In this document: one piece after another, positions 19,480 through 31,821 of the stretch
How positions within the stretch are numbered: the stretch's first letter is position 1
Layout of the letters: each line of letters opens with the position of its first letter
Source: Cyanophora paradoxa CCMP329
Lineage: Eukaryota; Plantae; Glaucophyta
Direction of reading: 5' to 3'
Assembly (NCBI GenBank): GCA_004431415.1
Contig: QPMI01000086.1
Span: forward strand, 1-52,917
Length of the DNA stretch: 52,917 bases
The notes under the pieces: generated by a model
Database searches by the model: none
The model's input: only the letters and a program-made list of their open reading frames with translations
What the model was told of the DNA's origin: nothing
Position numbers and translations under genes: made by a program

Positions 19480-21985
19480 GCAAGAGGCCCCGCGGGGGCC
19501 TCGGCGCCCTCCTGCACCTCCGCAGGCTCAGCGGCTCGTCGTAGACCTGCCCCCCGCCGCCCGACACGCCCTCCGCTTCCCCGGCGCCCGCGCCGCCCGC
19601 CGAGTACCTCCACTCCAGCCGTACGCGTGCGCCCCGTGCACCCGCTCCGCCTGCCCCCCCCCTCCCCCCCCCCGGGACCCCCCCCCCCCACCCCCCACCC
19701 CCCCCCCGCTGAGCGTGGCGCGGAGGAGAAGTGGAGTCCGGGGAGGGCTTTCTCAACCTCTCACAGTCGGGCCTGAAGGCGTGCACGTGGCCCGCCAAGG
19801 AGATCGCCGCCGTCGGCCCCGCGGCCGAGAACGTCCGCGAGCTGCGAGCTCGACCTTGGCGCCCCCCCTCCCCCCCCCTCGCCTTGACCTCGAGCTCTCG
19901 AGCTCGCCCCGCGCATGCGCAGCGCCGCCGCGCCCCGCCCCGCGCGTCCGTGACCATACCATACGTGATACGTATACGTGACCATACCGACGTCCGTGAC
20001 GGGACGAAAAACCGCATCATGCATATGGCATTGAATTCGAAAGCCTCCGTCCCGGTGCCGAACCCGCTTAAAGATGTCGAAAAACCCCGCCCCGGTACCG
20101 AACCCGCGCACGGATCGTTCGGCAGCATTTTCTCGGCTGTAGCTAGCAGCGAACTGCGCGGCGAGAGGAGCTGCTCGGCAGCTTCGAGGGAGCTGTACCG
20201 ACGATTCGAGGGCGGGGCGGACGATTCCACGGCGTCCGTCGATAAATCGTCACCCTTTCGTCGGCTGGAGAGCGTCGTGGCGTGCTCGTCTCTAGCTACG
20301 CCTCCGTCGAATTCGACTCCGGATCCGCGGGCCCGGGCCCGGTGGGCGCGGTCGGGCGCGGTCGGGCGCGTGGTACCGGTGCCACGGTGTTCGGCGGCAT
20401 CCGGGGCGAACTCGAGGACGCCCTGCGGCCATCGCCGCTCGTTCCCGGATCCCCGGAGTCCGCGGGGCGAGATTTCGACCAGCCGGCGGTCAGCTCCTCT
20501 CGGCGGCGCTGCGGAATGGTGCGCTGGGACGCGGCGAGCGGCGCGCTCGTCATGAAGGAGGAGAAGAGGAATTCGAAGCATGCACTAGCCGCAGGACGAG
20601 GTCCAGCTGGCCGGCCCGGACCGCCTCCGCCTCCTCGACCTCGCCGACAACAAATCTCGTCCATCCTCGGCGCGCCGCGCCGCCTTCGGTCCCGCCGCGT
20701 CGCGTCGCGCGCGGCCGCCAGCTGCAGCTGACAGGGCCCGTGGCGCCGGCGGGCCGGCGCGCAGGGAAGAGCCTGGCGCCGCTCGCGAAGCTGGATGTGC
20801 TGTTCCTCGACGGCAACGGGCTCAAGGCGCTCCCGCCGGAGATCGGGCGCCTCACAAACCTGCGCACCCTCGGCTTGAACCGGAACAAGTGCGCCGCCCG
20901 CCCGCCCTTTGCCCGCCTGCCCCCGACCGAGCGCGCCGCGCCGCGCCACAGGCTTGCGCACATCCCGTCGAGCTGCGGTGCGCCGCGCCGCCGCCGCGCC
21001 GCCACGCCCACCGGCGCGGCGCGCCTCACGGCGGCGCCGGCGCGGCAGGAAGCTGGGCGTGGAGCGGAACGAGCTGGCGGCGCTGCCGGCGTCGCTGGGG
21101 CGCTGACGGAGGCGCAGCCCGCCGACGAGCCTGGAGGCGCAGCCCGCCGACGAGATCGCCGCCGTCGGCCCCAAGAACGTCCACGAGCTCGACGTCGGCG
21201 GCAACCTAATCCGCTCCCTCCCCGGCCCGCCCCGCCCCGCCCCGCCCCGCGCCGCCCCGCTCCGCCCCGCGCCGCGCCGCCCTGCTGACCGGGGCGTGAA
21301 CGTGCACGCGCAGGGCCCGAGCTCGCGAAGCTGGTCAACCTCACCTGGCTGCGCCTCACGCACAACCTGTGCGCGCCCGCCGCCCGCACCGCCCCGCCCT
21401 CCCCCGCCCGGCCCCCTAGCTATAGGCCTCGCGCTGAAGCCCGGCAGGCTGACAGAGCGCTAGCTGCCGCCGGAGCTGGGGCGGCTGACGCGGCTGCGGA
21501 CGCTCCTGCTGCGCGAGAAAAAGCTTTTCAGCCTGCCCTGCGAGGGCGGCGCCCTGGTCAACCTGCGCGAGCTTCGCCTCTCCGGGAACGGCCTGCAGCT
21601 GCGGGCCCTGCCCCCCGAGCTCGGCCGGCTGCCCCGGCTCGAGGTCCTGCACCTGTACCCCAACGAGCTCCTGCGGCTGCCCCCCGGCTGCCGCGAGGGC
21701 GACCCGCCCGAGGCCCTCCTCGAGTGCCTCCGCTCCCTCGCCGCCTCGCCCCGTGCGCCGCGCGCCCTCCGAGGCCCCGCCCCCGCCCTCGCCCGCCCCT
21801 CACCGCTCGCCGCAGAGTCCTCCTCCGGCCCCTTCGGCTCCCGCCTTCCGAAGTTCTGGTACCGGTGCGCCCCCCTTCCCTTCCTTCCCGGCGTGCTGGC
21901 CCCCGCCCGCGGCGAGCCGCCGACGTGGCGCCAGCGCTAGCAGCGCGGCCCGGGGCCGCTGGAGCTCGCCCCGGGGCGCCTCCGC
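19480..21985 (+). pseudogene. Leucine-rich-repeat gene, copy A (multi-exon, 3'-truncated)
   Basis: Exons encode LAKLDVLFLDGNGLKALPPEIGRLTNLRTLGLNRNK, LPPELGRLTRLRTLLL and LRELRLSGNGL. 21,460-21,975 is paralogous to 31,970-32,475; similarity stops at ~21,975. Confidence 0.75.
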
Positions 21986-22283
21986 CTTGCCAATGAGTGA
22001 GTACTAGTTGCCATTTCGCTCGCCGGACCTTGTCGAAACGCTAAGAAACAGCTGTATGTACCCCCCCTACGCATTAAAACGCATGAATTCGGTGCCGCAT
22101 TAATAGCCATTACAGGGGTCCGGGTCCAAAAACGCATTGATTATCCTTAATATTACTACCTACGGGGGGTTCGCCGGGGAACTTCGCCCCACCGTAGTCT
22201 CTTAAAAACAAAACCCGCATTAATTACTGGCGTACCCGGTAGTGTTACTGGGAGTGTTAGGGTTAGGGTTAGGGTTGAGTGCC

Positions 22284-22753
22284 TAGTGCACTGCCTACCC
22301 CCTATAGCTAATTACTTAGTATACGGTAGCCTCGCCCCGGGCTTTAAGAGGCGGCCAGCTGGCCGGTGGCACTGGCTTGGGCGCAGGCTTGAGGCTAGAG
22401 GTGGGGCTTGAGGGGGAGACTTGATGACATCAACAGCGCTTGTTATTAACAGGGGTTAACCGGTTATAAACCAGTTAGAAATGCGGGTTTATGTCACGGC
22501 TTTGATTTAACAGGGCGGGCTCCAAGGCTGGCCGGCTGGCCAGCCTGGCCGACGAAGAGGCTGGCCGCCAGCTGGCCGGCCAAGTTTAGGCTGGAGGCTG
22601 GCGGCCAGCCCCGGCCCGGGCCAGCCCGGCCCAGCGGCCGAACTTCGGCGGCTTGCAATTGGGCTGGGCCGCCGGCCAATGCGAGACCCGGGACCACCTC
22701 AGACCCCCCGCCGGGCCCCCGGCCAGCCTGCGCCGGCCCTGCGGCAGTGCCCT
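22284..22753. mobile_element. Degenerate hAT-like MITE related to 35,624-36,092
   Basis: Ends tagtgcactgcc / ggcagtgcccta. Internal blocks ggggcttgagggg and gccagctggccggccaagttt are shared with the 35.6-kb copy; no clear TSD. Confidence 0.5.
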
Positions 22754-22971
22754 AAGCACTGCCCTTAGCTGCCCTATCGATATCATAGTATATAACTTAT
22801 CCAGGCCTAGGTGGGCCGAATCGTCACGGCGTGCACGATGCAAAGAGGGCCATTGAGACTGATTGAGTCAGTGGCATGGACATTGGACACCCGGTGACCC
22901 ATTGTCACTGATTTAATTTGTCAGAGCTCGAGGCTGCGCAGTGCGCATGCAGAGCTCCAAGCCTCCGAGGC

Positions 22972-23477
22972 TAGGGTTGCCAGTGACTTGCCACTTACGA
23001 CTTACAGACTTACGCGTAAGTCCGTAAGTGTAAGTGGCGACTTACACTTACGGGCCCCCGAAATGGGACTTACGGCCGTAAGTCGTAAGTCCCCATGGGG
23101 ATACCCCCTGCGAGCAGCAAAAAGAGCGTAGATTTAAGTTAAAATCGATCTAAATCGAGTAGATTTGCACATCTTACAGATTCAGCCGTGCTTTTAGGCC
23201 TCTGAACGGGGTGAGAAGATCCCGTAACGGGCCTCCGGTGGTCATGGTGTCTATCTGGGATGGCACTTTTACTGCTTAAACAAGCCCCATTCCTTCCCAA
23301 ACACACCGAAAAAGACTGAAGACAATCTATCTCGCAGATTGAGACGTGTTTTCTGTGGTTTCTGGCCGACTTACGGCCGACTTACGGCGGACTTACGACT
23401 TACACTTACACTTACACTTACACTTAAATAAGCTTACGGCGGGTTTTGGGGGACTAACGCCGTAAGTGGCAACCCTA
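22972..23477. mobile_element. hAT-type MITE
   Basis: TIR TAGGGTTGCCA...TGGCAACCCTA, perfect 8-bp TSD TCCGAGGC (22964-22971, 23478-23485), and subterminal ACTTAC repeats. Confidence 0.9.
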
Positions 23478-26400
23478 TCCGAGGCTCCGCCGCTCCGACC
23501 GTCGGACTCAGCCTCCGAGGAAAAAAGGTAGTCGGCGCCTGCTCTTAGGAGGCCGATCGACTCTCATGTACGTGAATCCTCCACTCCAGTTGAAGGAACA
23601 CCGACTGTTGAGCCAATAGGAGCTCGAGATTATAAACCGCGCATCAATTAATATTCCGGTACCGTTGAACTTTCACGTTTTTAATTTCGGAACGGACGAC
23701 TCACGAACGTATACGTGTAAGTTACGGTGTAACAGGAAAATACCAGCTCGGAAATTGTACCGCGGCCGTGTAACACGACTACCGTGTACCGGTAGTACCG
23801 TCACAGTACTACCGTGGCCACTACCACGTGTAACACGACTACCGTGTAGTACACGTCACAGTAGTAATTATTTTCAGGCCACTAAACAGGCGGGTTAAAG
23901 GCCAAACCCCGGGATTACGTATAATAATTAACAGGGTCTTAAATATTTCCCGACTATTAATTATAGTCGGTACTGCGGCAGAATCCGTGGAAGCATTGCC
24001 AAGTTGCCAAGTTGGAAGGACTCCCGGGATCCAATATTTAATTTCATCCAGATCATCGTCCCCAGTCCTGAATCACGCCGGCGGTCAGACGGACTCAGAC
24101 CCCTGATATACCGTATACTATGATAGTTAGCGCATATACCGGTAGCTCCTTCAAGCCTCCTTGCAATCGGGCCCGGGTGCGCATGCTTTCGAATTCGCGC
24201 GACGAGGTAGAACTCGTAGGAGTATTAATATTGCCAGCTTGGTAGGATCCCCAGTCCTGATCGTTAGCTCCTTGTAATCGGGTGCGCATGCTTTCGAGTT
24301 CGCACGAGATTTCGAATTCTCGTTGTTAGAATTAGCGATAGCGCGCTTCTTACACGTGCACCTTGATCAGCTACAGGAGCACGAGATGATCATGAATATG
24401 GACCAGGATCCCGCGCCATGCGACGCCCTCGAAGCGATGCCCGGCACCTTGATCGAGAAGGTAATCATATATAAACGCTTCGTTACAATCACCGCTGCTA
24501 GGCTAGATCTGCTGCACTTGCTGCTCGTGTTCTGCGCGCAGCTGATGCCGCCAACCCTCAGGGGACGTACGAGCTCCCATTCTCGTACGTATATATGCGC
24601 CGCGGCGCGTTTCTTGCGCACTAGAGGCATTTGTGGTGTATATATGCGTATACGTACGCGGCCGTGACTGTCGACGTCACAGGGAGGTGGGAAAGATCCG
24701 GTCCTCGGGCTCAGAGGAGGTGTGTCCATGCGCGCTTCCATGAAACCGTTGAACGCTTCGGATCTAGACAGCCGCCTGCGTCTTCTATAGCTAATAACGC
24801 CCTGGCCGCTCCTGAACTAACCGGCCCTCTCATCTGCAGTACCACGGCTCGGGCGCGTACAAGCTCCCCGCGACCTTGACTCAAACTTACACGTGCGTAT
24901 ATATTATGGTAGCTATAGCCAGATTTAGACTTTGCCAAAAGTTGAGACGACCGATTGCAACTGCATATGCCTGTACCTATCCATCCTGTGTCCCACATGC
25001 ATATGCATGTGCTACACGTGCACAGCGATAGGTCTTCGTATATATATTCGAAATCGCGGGATTCCGGTACCCCGGAAAATTGCGCGAAGGCCCGCGGGCG
25101 AGTAAGCCGGCGCAGTGGGGCTTCCCCAACGAGGGTGCCTGCCAGCACTGCACGTGGCCGGTCCCAAAACTCGCGGCGCCGACGCCCAACGACCAGCACG
25201 GCCCGAACGCGCAAAGTAGGTCCGCCGGGCGGGCAACGACAGCCGCAGCGACACCACAGACATCTAGAAGAGCAGCTGCGCCCCTGTTGGCGCCGCGACT
25301 CGCGCCAGCTCCCGCGGTAACGTGTTTAAACGGGCCGGTCCCCGCCGCCTTCTCCTGCCACTCCGAGCGCGCCGAGAGACGCCACACAACATCTAGAGCC
25401 AACATACGCTCGTTTAAGCTCCCGTCCTCGCTCCGCCCGCCTTCCCGCCAACGCATGCCACCCGCGCATGCGCGGCTCGCCTGAGCTCACGCCCACAGCG
25501 CACGACGCACAACTCGACTCGACTCCGCGCAGTCGGACGCGCGGCTCCGCCAACGCACCCGGCTCCGCTGCCGCCGATCATGCGGGACCCTCCCGCGCCC
25601 GTCGCTCACGCCTCCGCCCGCGCCCCTCCTCTATGAACTCTGACGCCGGCCCCGTACGGCCACAGAGCACGCCGGCGCCGGCGGCCCGTGCGCGGGGCCG
25701 CCCACGCCAGCACGACACTCAAGAACCACGGGGCCGCGTCCCCCGCTCACTTGGCTCTCCGTGACGCGTGCGCGACGCTCGCAGGCCTCTGGCGGGACGC
25801 GGAGCAAGCGCCCCAAGACGCGGCGGTGGACAGAGCCCGAGCTGTGATGCCGCCTCTGCTGGCGCCGCTGGCGCCGGCATGCAAGCCGACGACCCCTACG
25901 TATACCGGGCGCATGAGCACTCAAACGCTCGCCCAGCTACCACCGCGGGGTCTGAGCCAGACGGCGCTCGCCTGCCTCAGGGCCGGCCTCGCCGGGACCC
26001 GCCCTCGTGGGGTCCGAGCCTGATGGCGCTCGCCCACCATCGGACCCGGAATCCCCGGGCTCCGTCGAAGACTTCCAGCGGCGGGCAGTGCGTCCCCGGC
26101 GGTCGCTGCCAGGCCCGCGCCGCCCGCCCCTCATGCCCGCCGGTCCCCCTCCCACGAGGCGACTGGTCCCTTGACACCCCCCGGGCCCGCGATGCAAGCC
26201 TCCTATACGGTCGGCGAGCTTGAGGGGCGCCTGCGATATCGATATACACACGAATAAGTCGGCCCCCGTCTGCTTTGGGATGCCCTTAAAAGCGTGGCCC
26301 CTAGTGGAGCAATTCGAAAGATTTTAACTGCACGAGGGAGCTGGGCACCCTCGCTCGAGCTCGAACTTGCATGCCAGTGCACAGGCCTGTAGCAGCCATT

Positions 26401-26616
26401 ATGCAAATCTCTCAGAGTCTAAACGTTTAACAAGAGAACTAGGACAGGGTCCGCGTACGGTATATATATACTGCATGCGGACATCACCGCCCAGTCCCGC
26501 AAGCGCGCGATTGAGCGCTTCGGCCCGACGCCGTCAAGAAGCGCAAGGGCGGTGCCGCCGCCCCCGCCCCGCCGCCGCAGCCGCCGCGGCCGCCCCGCTG
26601 CTGCGCCAACGCCGCC

Positions 26617-26649
<33 letters not shown>

Positions 26650-27616
26650 CCGCCGCCCCGGCGCCGGCCGCCGCTCCGCGCCCGCCCCGGGCCGGCCCCG
26701 CCCCCGGCCCCGGGCCGGCCACCATCTCGCTCACCAACTACCAGGCGGCCCAGCGCGTGCTTGCCGAGCTCACCTCGGCCCTCGGGGGCCCCGCCGCCAT
26801 CGAGGCCCTCCTGGCCGGCCGCCGGGCGGCCGCCGCCGACAACGCGGCAGCGTAGACCTCCCTCTCTTTTTGATCTCAAAGGCCTCGGCCCTTTACCCTT
26901 TCGGCCTCAGTTTTCTTTTCACCTTTCTCTCTTTACAATCCGCGGTAGCATGACTGCCGAAGAAGGGGCTTCTTGACGAGCCCACCACCCCTCTCTCTGA
27001 GTTAGATAGCTCCATGAAGCAATGTCACCTCCCTACCCCGCCCCGCGTATAGTCCTGCCCACTTGCGGGCCCGCCCCCCCCCCCCCCCCCCTAAAGCTCT
27101 TCCCCTGGCCCCGAGGCTAGCGACAGACTAGCCCACGGCCGGTACCCCCGCCACGCCCCTCTGTCCCCGACTTCACTAGGGCGCCTACCCCGCCCGAAAC
27201 CGACCGCCCCCGCAGCCCCTCCCGATAATGCCTCTTCCCAGGACCACATAACCCCGCGCCCCACACGCAATAAAAATAAGGGGCGCGCCCGCTACCCTAG
27301 CCCGCGTCGCCCCCACCCCCCCTCCCCACCCCTCTCACCCGCCCGATAAGACTGGCCCCTCGGCGCCGAACTCCACGCACCTACCGTAGTACACTCAAGA
27401 ACACGACAAACGACCCCTACCACGCTCCCCTACAAGAGAAACGCTCAGCCGTAGCGTCGAAGCGCCTATCCCTGTGTTCCGGCCTCAGGTTATGCTCTGA
27501 CCCAGAGTTCGGCCATTTCCGAACCGGTAGTGCGTACGATAATGTTACTGAACAAATACAATCGCCACCGCCCTTGATATGGGCTTTGTGAAAAAATATT
27601 CGAAATCGCGCCTACG

Positions 27617-27659
27617 CGTATATATACTTATATATATATATATCGAGCGACATATATAT
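27617..27659. repeat. (TA)n microsatellite, interrupted
   Basis: tatatatacttatatatatatatatc...catatatatg. Confidence 0.7.
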
Positions 27660-29157
27660 GGATGATCTTGATTTGCGTCAATGCTGCGCGTCGACGTGCG
27701 AATGAGCTATGCATATGCTTGATGCGTGCGACACGCATCGATATCGGATCCCGAGCGCAGGTACTCCGATCAGTTCAAGGAGGCGAGGACCCTCGAGGAA
27801 ATCGACTCGGTGACGGAGACTGGTGCCAGGGTGCGTCCGCTAAGCTAAGGCGAGCCCGCGTTAAGCTCATGATCATGCATATATTATATGATCCTGTATC
27901 TGAACAATCGTCGACGTCCGCAGGTAACTTCGTGCTCCGTCAGATCGTGAGACCCAGAAAGTCTTGTACGGGGAGTTCACGAAAATTGCAGCCGGGTGCG
28001 ATGCGCAGCCACGCGCACATGAACTTCAAATATAATTATAGATTCTCGCATCTAGCTAGCCGCTGAGCCGTGATCATGATCATGATTCACAAGAGCGAAT
28101 CTTTCTGCTTTCTCTTAATGGGCTCTTACCCGTCATGTCAAATGCGTGTAGGTCGCCGGAGGAGAACCAGTCGCCCGGTGCGTCATCTGCGCATGCAGAT
28201 CGCGAGCTGTCGCAGTGTATGCGCGTCTGATCTCGATGCGGCAGCCCCGGACGCGGTGCAGTGGACGCGGGACCCCGCCTCCGAATCCTATGTGGGAGCG
28301 GGAATCCCCCAGCAAGGCCCTCGCATTCCGGATGGGCCTCGCGTGCCGGTGGAAGGCCCCGCGGGCCAGTGGGCGCCGATCGCGCCGCCCTCGTCAAAGC
28401 CAGCAACGCTTCCATCAGCGTCGCCGAGCCGGTCCAGGCGTGCGGCGACAAGCCCTGGTGAACATCTCCAGGCAGTGCCCTGTCCGGGCTTCCTAAAGCT
28501 TCATCGTTTAAGGCGATTGCGCATGCGCAGCTTCCAGTCGCATCTGGCATCACTCGCGGTGGAGAGCGGGGCGCCGATGGTGCATGTAGGGCAGCAGACA
28601 GCACTGTCCAAGTGGAGCTGGCTGCCAATAACATCCTGCTCCAAGCTCTTGAACTTAATGTGCGCCGCAGCCTGCGCGTTCCCAGCTTGCGATTCCGCCG
28701 ATTTCATGCGTAAAACGTCCGACGCAAGCAGGAGTCGTCTGACGCTCCGAAGAAAGAGCTGCTTCTCTCCGGGACGCGCTCGTCAAGGTGTGATTCTATT
28801 CGCATTGGTGTGATTCTTATGTGTGTGAGGGCGGCTGAGAAGCTCGCAGGACGTCGGCCTGATCCCTTACACACTCCATTACAACTTGTCCAAGAATTCG
28901 CATGAGTCACGCGTGCTCGAGGAGAAAGGTGATTCATGCTTAGAAGTTATTTCAATACTCTTAGCTATAGATCTCAGACGGGCCAGCCGTTAGAGCCCCT
29001 TTCACGCGCGATAGCTTCCTGTCGAAATCATTCCGTAATAAGTGCCTGAACGAGTTTGCGGCTCGCAATTACAGGAACGTTCTCCGAAACACTGGTGTGT
29101 GCATGCGTCCCCGACCCGGGCCCGCGCGTTTGATTTTGTTTTCTTCGACCTCGCAGT

Positions 29158-31358
29158 CTGTCGAGGTCAACGGCCAAGGCACCTACATGTACTCGCACGG
29201 CGGCCTCTACGTCGGCGATTACGCCAAGCCCGGTCTCGAGGCGAGCGAACGACTTCAGATAAATTCAAACATGTGGTCAGAGAGACCGTCGGACGATCAG
29301 ATGTGCTAACCAGACGGCGAGCTCAGGTCGGAACGTACGAGATCTATGCCCGCGACGTCAAGTCCTCAGCCGTCGAAACGCCGGTGCACTCATCGGAAAA
29401 TGTGGACCCTAACCAGGTACGCTCACGCTCGCAACTGCAAACTTGTAGTTTAGGGTCTTCCGATATCCAGCTGGATATCGCTCCTCGAAAGCTCGTCGCT
29501 GATGCAGTGCATATCCATGCTCTGCACGCAGGAGCAACTGCCCCGTGGCACCTCAATCCGGCTGGGGACCCATCATCACCCCGGACGGCGAGGCCACGGG
29601 CGACCGCGTGCGCATGCGCTGATCTGTCTGATCTCTCTCAGCTGAAATGCTGATGGACGGACCGGGTACCGGCACTATGTCACTCGCGCAGGTCCCGCGT
29701 CGGAAGTTCTGGAGGCGTCGGACAGCACCGACCTGGAGCCGCGGCAGACAATCTCTGGTCCGCGATCCGCTTTGCTATCCGATGTCCCTGCTTGACGCTA
29801 CACTGTCCACGCTGCCGGCAGGGATCTGAAGCTCATTCCCGAGTTCAAATCGGACTCGATTCCAGGGCCCAAATCATGCCCCACGGTTCGCTTACGCGCT
29901 TCTCGCTTCGCTAAATTGAAGTGCTACAAGAAGAACATGCATATGCTTTCTCACGGCAAACTTCGTTTGTCTGTGTCATCGCAGGGAGAGTGCCTGGACG
30001 TCCAGGCCCCCATCCACAACGCTACGGACTTTCTCAAACCGCCTGCGAGTGCGTTTCGCATACTTTAAACCTCACGCACAAATATATATATAGCATACAT
30101 TTGCATATATACGATTTATAAACCAGCGTCGAGGTTCAAATTCGAATTCAGGGCCAGACGTTGAGATCGCGCGCGCGTGCGGTTTCGCAGCAGCGAGTCG
30201 GCCACCTGCGAAGTGCCCGTGGGCTTGAAGTGCCCGCTTGCGAACGCACAGCAGCTGATTCACTGCGACGACCTGCTGCGAAACTTCGAAGCCCAAGGCA
30301 TAGCCAACGATTTCGACGGATACCGGTGCGTACAAGTCTATATACAGCTCGATTCCAAATCAGAAGTCATCCGTGTGTTAGCTGCATGCACTTGGGTGCA
30401 CGCACCCGTGTTCGATCCGTAGGCTGATCGAACTTGGCCTCAGGTATATGCTCACGAAGATTATGCAAAGTACGAAGGAGATCCCAGAGCAGTTCGCGTT
30501 CTCCGGCAAGGAGGCAATCTGGGACACCCTGTTCGGCTATATGACGGCGGAGATGCCGAGCGACCTTATCTGGTCTAATGTTGTGAACAAGACCATGACG
30601 GAGAAGGACGTGCAAGCCGCCGTCGCCAAGTTCGATGCGGCCGGCGACAACGATGGGATGCTGGACAAGAGCGAGTTCCTGGCGTGCCACGAGCCCGTCA
30701 TGTCTACATTCAACCCGAACTCGACCGAGGTGCTTGAGATACAAGGCTATATAGCTCGCTAGAGACCGATGCACGTGCAAGTGCACGTGCAAGCGTACAT
30801 ATATCAAACTTCTCTTTTTCCGCAGCTCACATACAGCGACGACCCTGCAGCGGTGCGTATGCGCATGTTCTTCATTTCTATCGTTTTCAGCCCAGAACAG
30901 CATGTATACCGCCTTCCTTCTAGATATAATCCCATTCAAACTTGACTTCCATGATTGTCACTCGGCCGCGGGTCCCTGAACGTGCGCGCGATCGCAGGAT
31001 CGTGAGTACGAAATGCAACAGCAGAAGGTGGAGATGTTCAAGAAAATGTTCGGGGAAGATTACATGTTGTATATGGATCGTTATTTCGTGCGCATATGCA
31101 TATGCATGGGCCACTTTAAATTCTCATAATTATAACTTGACATGGGGCGCGAGCTCGAGGGCGCGAACCCCTCTGTACAGTGTCCCGCTAGCGCTACCCC
31201 AGCCGGCCGACCCCGACGCCTGTGTCGCCGGGCAGGTGGAGGAGCCGTCCGACTTCGAGGCGGCGGAGGTCGAGTTTGCTGAGAATGCTGCCGCCGACGA
31301 GGCCGCCGCCTCCGCTGCCGAAGTCGCCTGCGCGGACGAGCAGTGCCTGGCTTCTTGA
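29158..31358 (+). CDS. Host multi-exon gene with an EF-hand-like motif and acidic tail, copy B (uninterrupted; 5' limit uncertain)
   Basis: Short exons bounded by AG and GT/GC encode SVEVNGQGTYMYSHGGLYVGDY, VGTYEIYARDVKSS, CEVPVGLKCPLANAQQLIHCDDLLRNFEAQG, FDAAGDNDGMLDKSEF and VEEPSDFEAAEVEF...CLAS*. Confidence 0.65.
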
Positions 31359-31821
31359 TCCTCGCATCGCGTCCACGACTGTGCATCGCGATCACTTGCA
31401 CGGGATCTGTCTCGGTCCTTGAGCAGTCGAATCATTGAATTCGCAGTTAAATATGCATCTACCCACTTGAGAATCCGAATCTCTCGACACATATATACGT
31501 GTCCCGATCCAGCATTAATATTAGCAATCGCAGCCTGGCGAGCCAATTCTCGGCGCGCATGCATTGTCACGCTTAAGATCGCCTGCCAGCTGAAGGCTGA
31601 GGCCCTTCCGTTTGGCTCGGAGATCTAGATCGATATCTACATACATGATTTCGATCTAGATACATGTAGATACTTTGACTAGTGATAAATGAACGCTGTA
31701 TCAAAATAACGCGCCGAAGTCTTTAGATACCGCGTTAATTGATAAACGTACCGCGCTATAGCTATATAGCTAACTCCCTGCTGCGATGTCGCCCATACAT
31801 TACACTCCCGCGGGAACCTCG

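Noticed and set aside
22256-22276. (TTAGGG)3 telomere-like tract
   Set aside because: Only three units, internal, and among transposon fragments; not evidence of a chromosome end.
25760-25915. Weak HMG-box-like words (TLAGLWRDA, DPYVYR)
   Set aside because: The motifs are in different frames and too short to support a call.
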